DNA of 64,000 nucleotides from Octopus sinensis. Its lineage: Eukaryota. The position numbers were made by a program, and so were the translations under genes. Below the pieces are notes generated by a model. The model was not told the origin of the DNA. It worked only from the letters and a program-made list of their open reading frames with translations, and made no database searches. Positions within the stretch are counted from its first letter, which is position 1; every line of letters starts with the position of its first letter. Below, piece by piece: positions 63,032 through 64,000 of the stretch. The stretch covers positions 44,454,001 through 44,518,000 of the forward strand of contig NC_043002.1 in assembly GCF_006345805.1 (NCBI RefSeq). Direction: 5' to 3'.

Positions 63032-63059
63032 ATATACATACATACATGCATACATACAC

Positions 63060-63066
63060 ACATGCG

Positions 63067-63098
<32 letters not shown>

Positions 63099-63123
63099 TA
63101 GATAGATAGATAGATAGATAGAT

Positions 63124-63189
<66 letters not shown>

Positions 63190-63190
63190 T
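63060..63190. repeat. (TA)n(GA)n(GATA)n microsatellite
   Basis: Direct inspection. Confidence 0.9.
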
Positions 63191-63489
63191 TAGTATGTTT
63201 GAATGGGTGTATGTGATTTTAATTGTATATACAGACATATATATATATATATAAATATGAATGCATGTGTGCGTGTGTGGGGGGGATCTATGCGTTTCAT
63301 ACATACATACGTACATACATATATATATATATATATATATTCCGCCTCCTCTCACACCTATCCCACCTCCTAACCCCTATCTCTTGCTACCCCATCCCAT
63401 CCCATCTCACACCCATACCCCACCTCCAAAACTCCTAACCACTATCTATCTCTTATACGCACATGCACACGTGCACACACCACTTGAAT

Positions 63490-63885
63490 AAGCACACATA
63501 ACTGATAAACATAAGCATTTGCACAGCCACGCACACACACACACACACATATTAGACTTATACACATACACACATCCATACACACTCATATCAATCCAGA
63601 CACATATACACACGTCTATATACACACACACAAACACAAAACGCTCGTCACTCCTCACACCGCATACAGTAGTTAACTTGTACACATACACACACAGGCC
63701 CATGCGTTACACGCACACATTAGCCTCACTCACGCGCGCACGCCCATACGCATAATCACTCATATACACACGTCCATACACAAATACACAAAGCACAACG
63801 CATACACTAGGTTACTTGTACATATTCACACACAAACCCATGCGTTTGCACGCACACATTCGTACACATCAATACGACACACACA
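63490..63885. repeat. Degenerate CA-rich region with a duplication of about 139 bp (63661 versus 63800)
   Basis: cgcataca...acttgtaca...cccatgcgtt...cgcacacatt occurs twice. Confidence 0.6.
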
Positions 63886-63886
63886 T

Positions 63887-64000
63887 AAATACCTATTTCT
63901 TTACTATCCACAGGGGGCTAAACACAGAGAGAACAAACAAGGACAGACAACGGATTAAGTCGATTATATCGACCCCAGTGCGTAAGTGGTACTTAATTTA
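63887..64000 (-). mobile_element. Young Nin/Deu-like SINE 3' part, cut by the window end
   Basis: aaatacctatttctttacta...acaaacaaggacagac...gtcgattatatcgaccccagtgcgtaa, as in the 28165 array. Confidence 0.8.

Overview
AT-rich, microsatellite-dense animal genomic DNA. The SINE repertoire and composition suggest a coleoid cephalopod, probably Octopus (inference; no search was run). Only one intact protein-coding gene is supported: a class A GPCR of the FMRFamide/sex-peptide-receptor-like group with a single coding exon (4300-5361, minus) and a splice acceptor just upstream of its ATG. The rest is repeats: tRNA-derived SINEs of several families, decayed mariner/Tc1 elements, a non-autonomous Helitron, R4/Dong-type non-LTR relics, a Gypsy integrase scrap and four Penelope-like (PLE) fragments of about three types. 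The most notable unexplained structure is a set of about nine type I hammerhead-ribozyme-like motifs from about five different repeat families, two with fully intact cores. Most lie in short units arranged as inverted pairs, perfect fold-backs or tandem-plus-inverted arrays next to (TA)n tracts, resembling PLE pseudo-LTRs or retrozymes. Most ORFs in the supplied track are microsatellite read-through. All motif and domain calls were made by eye.
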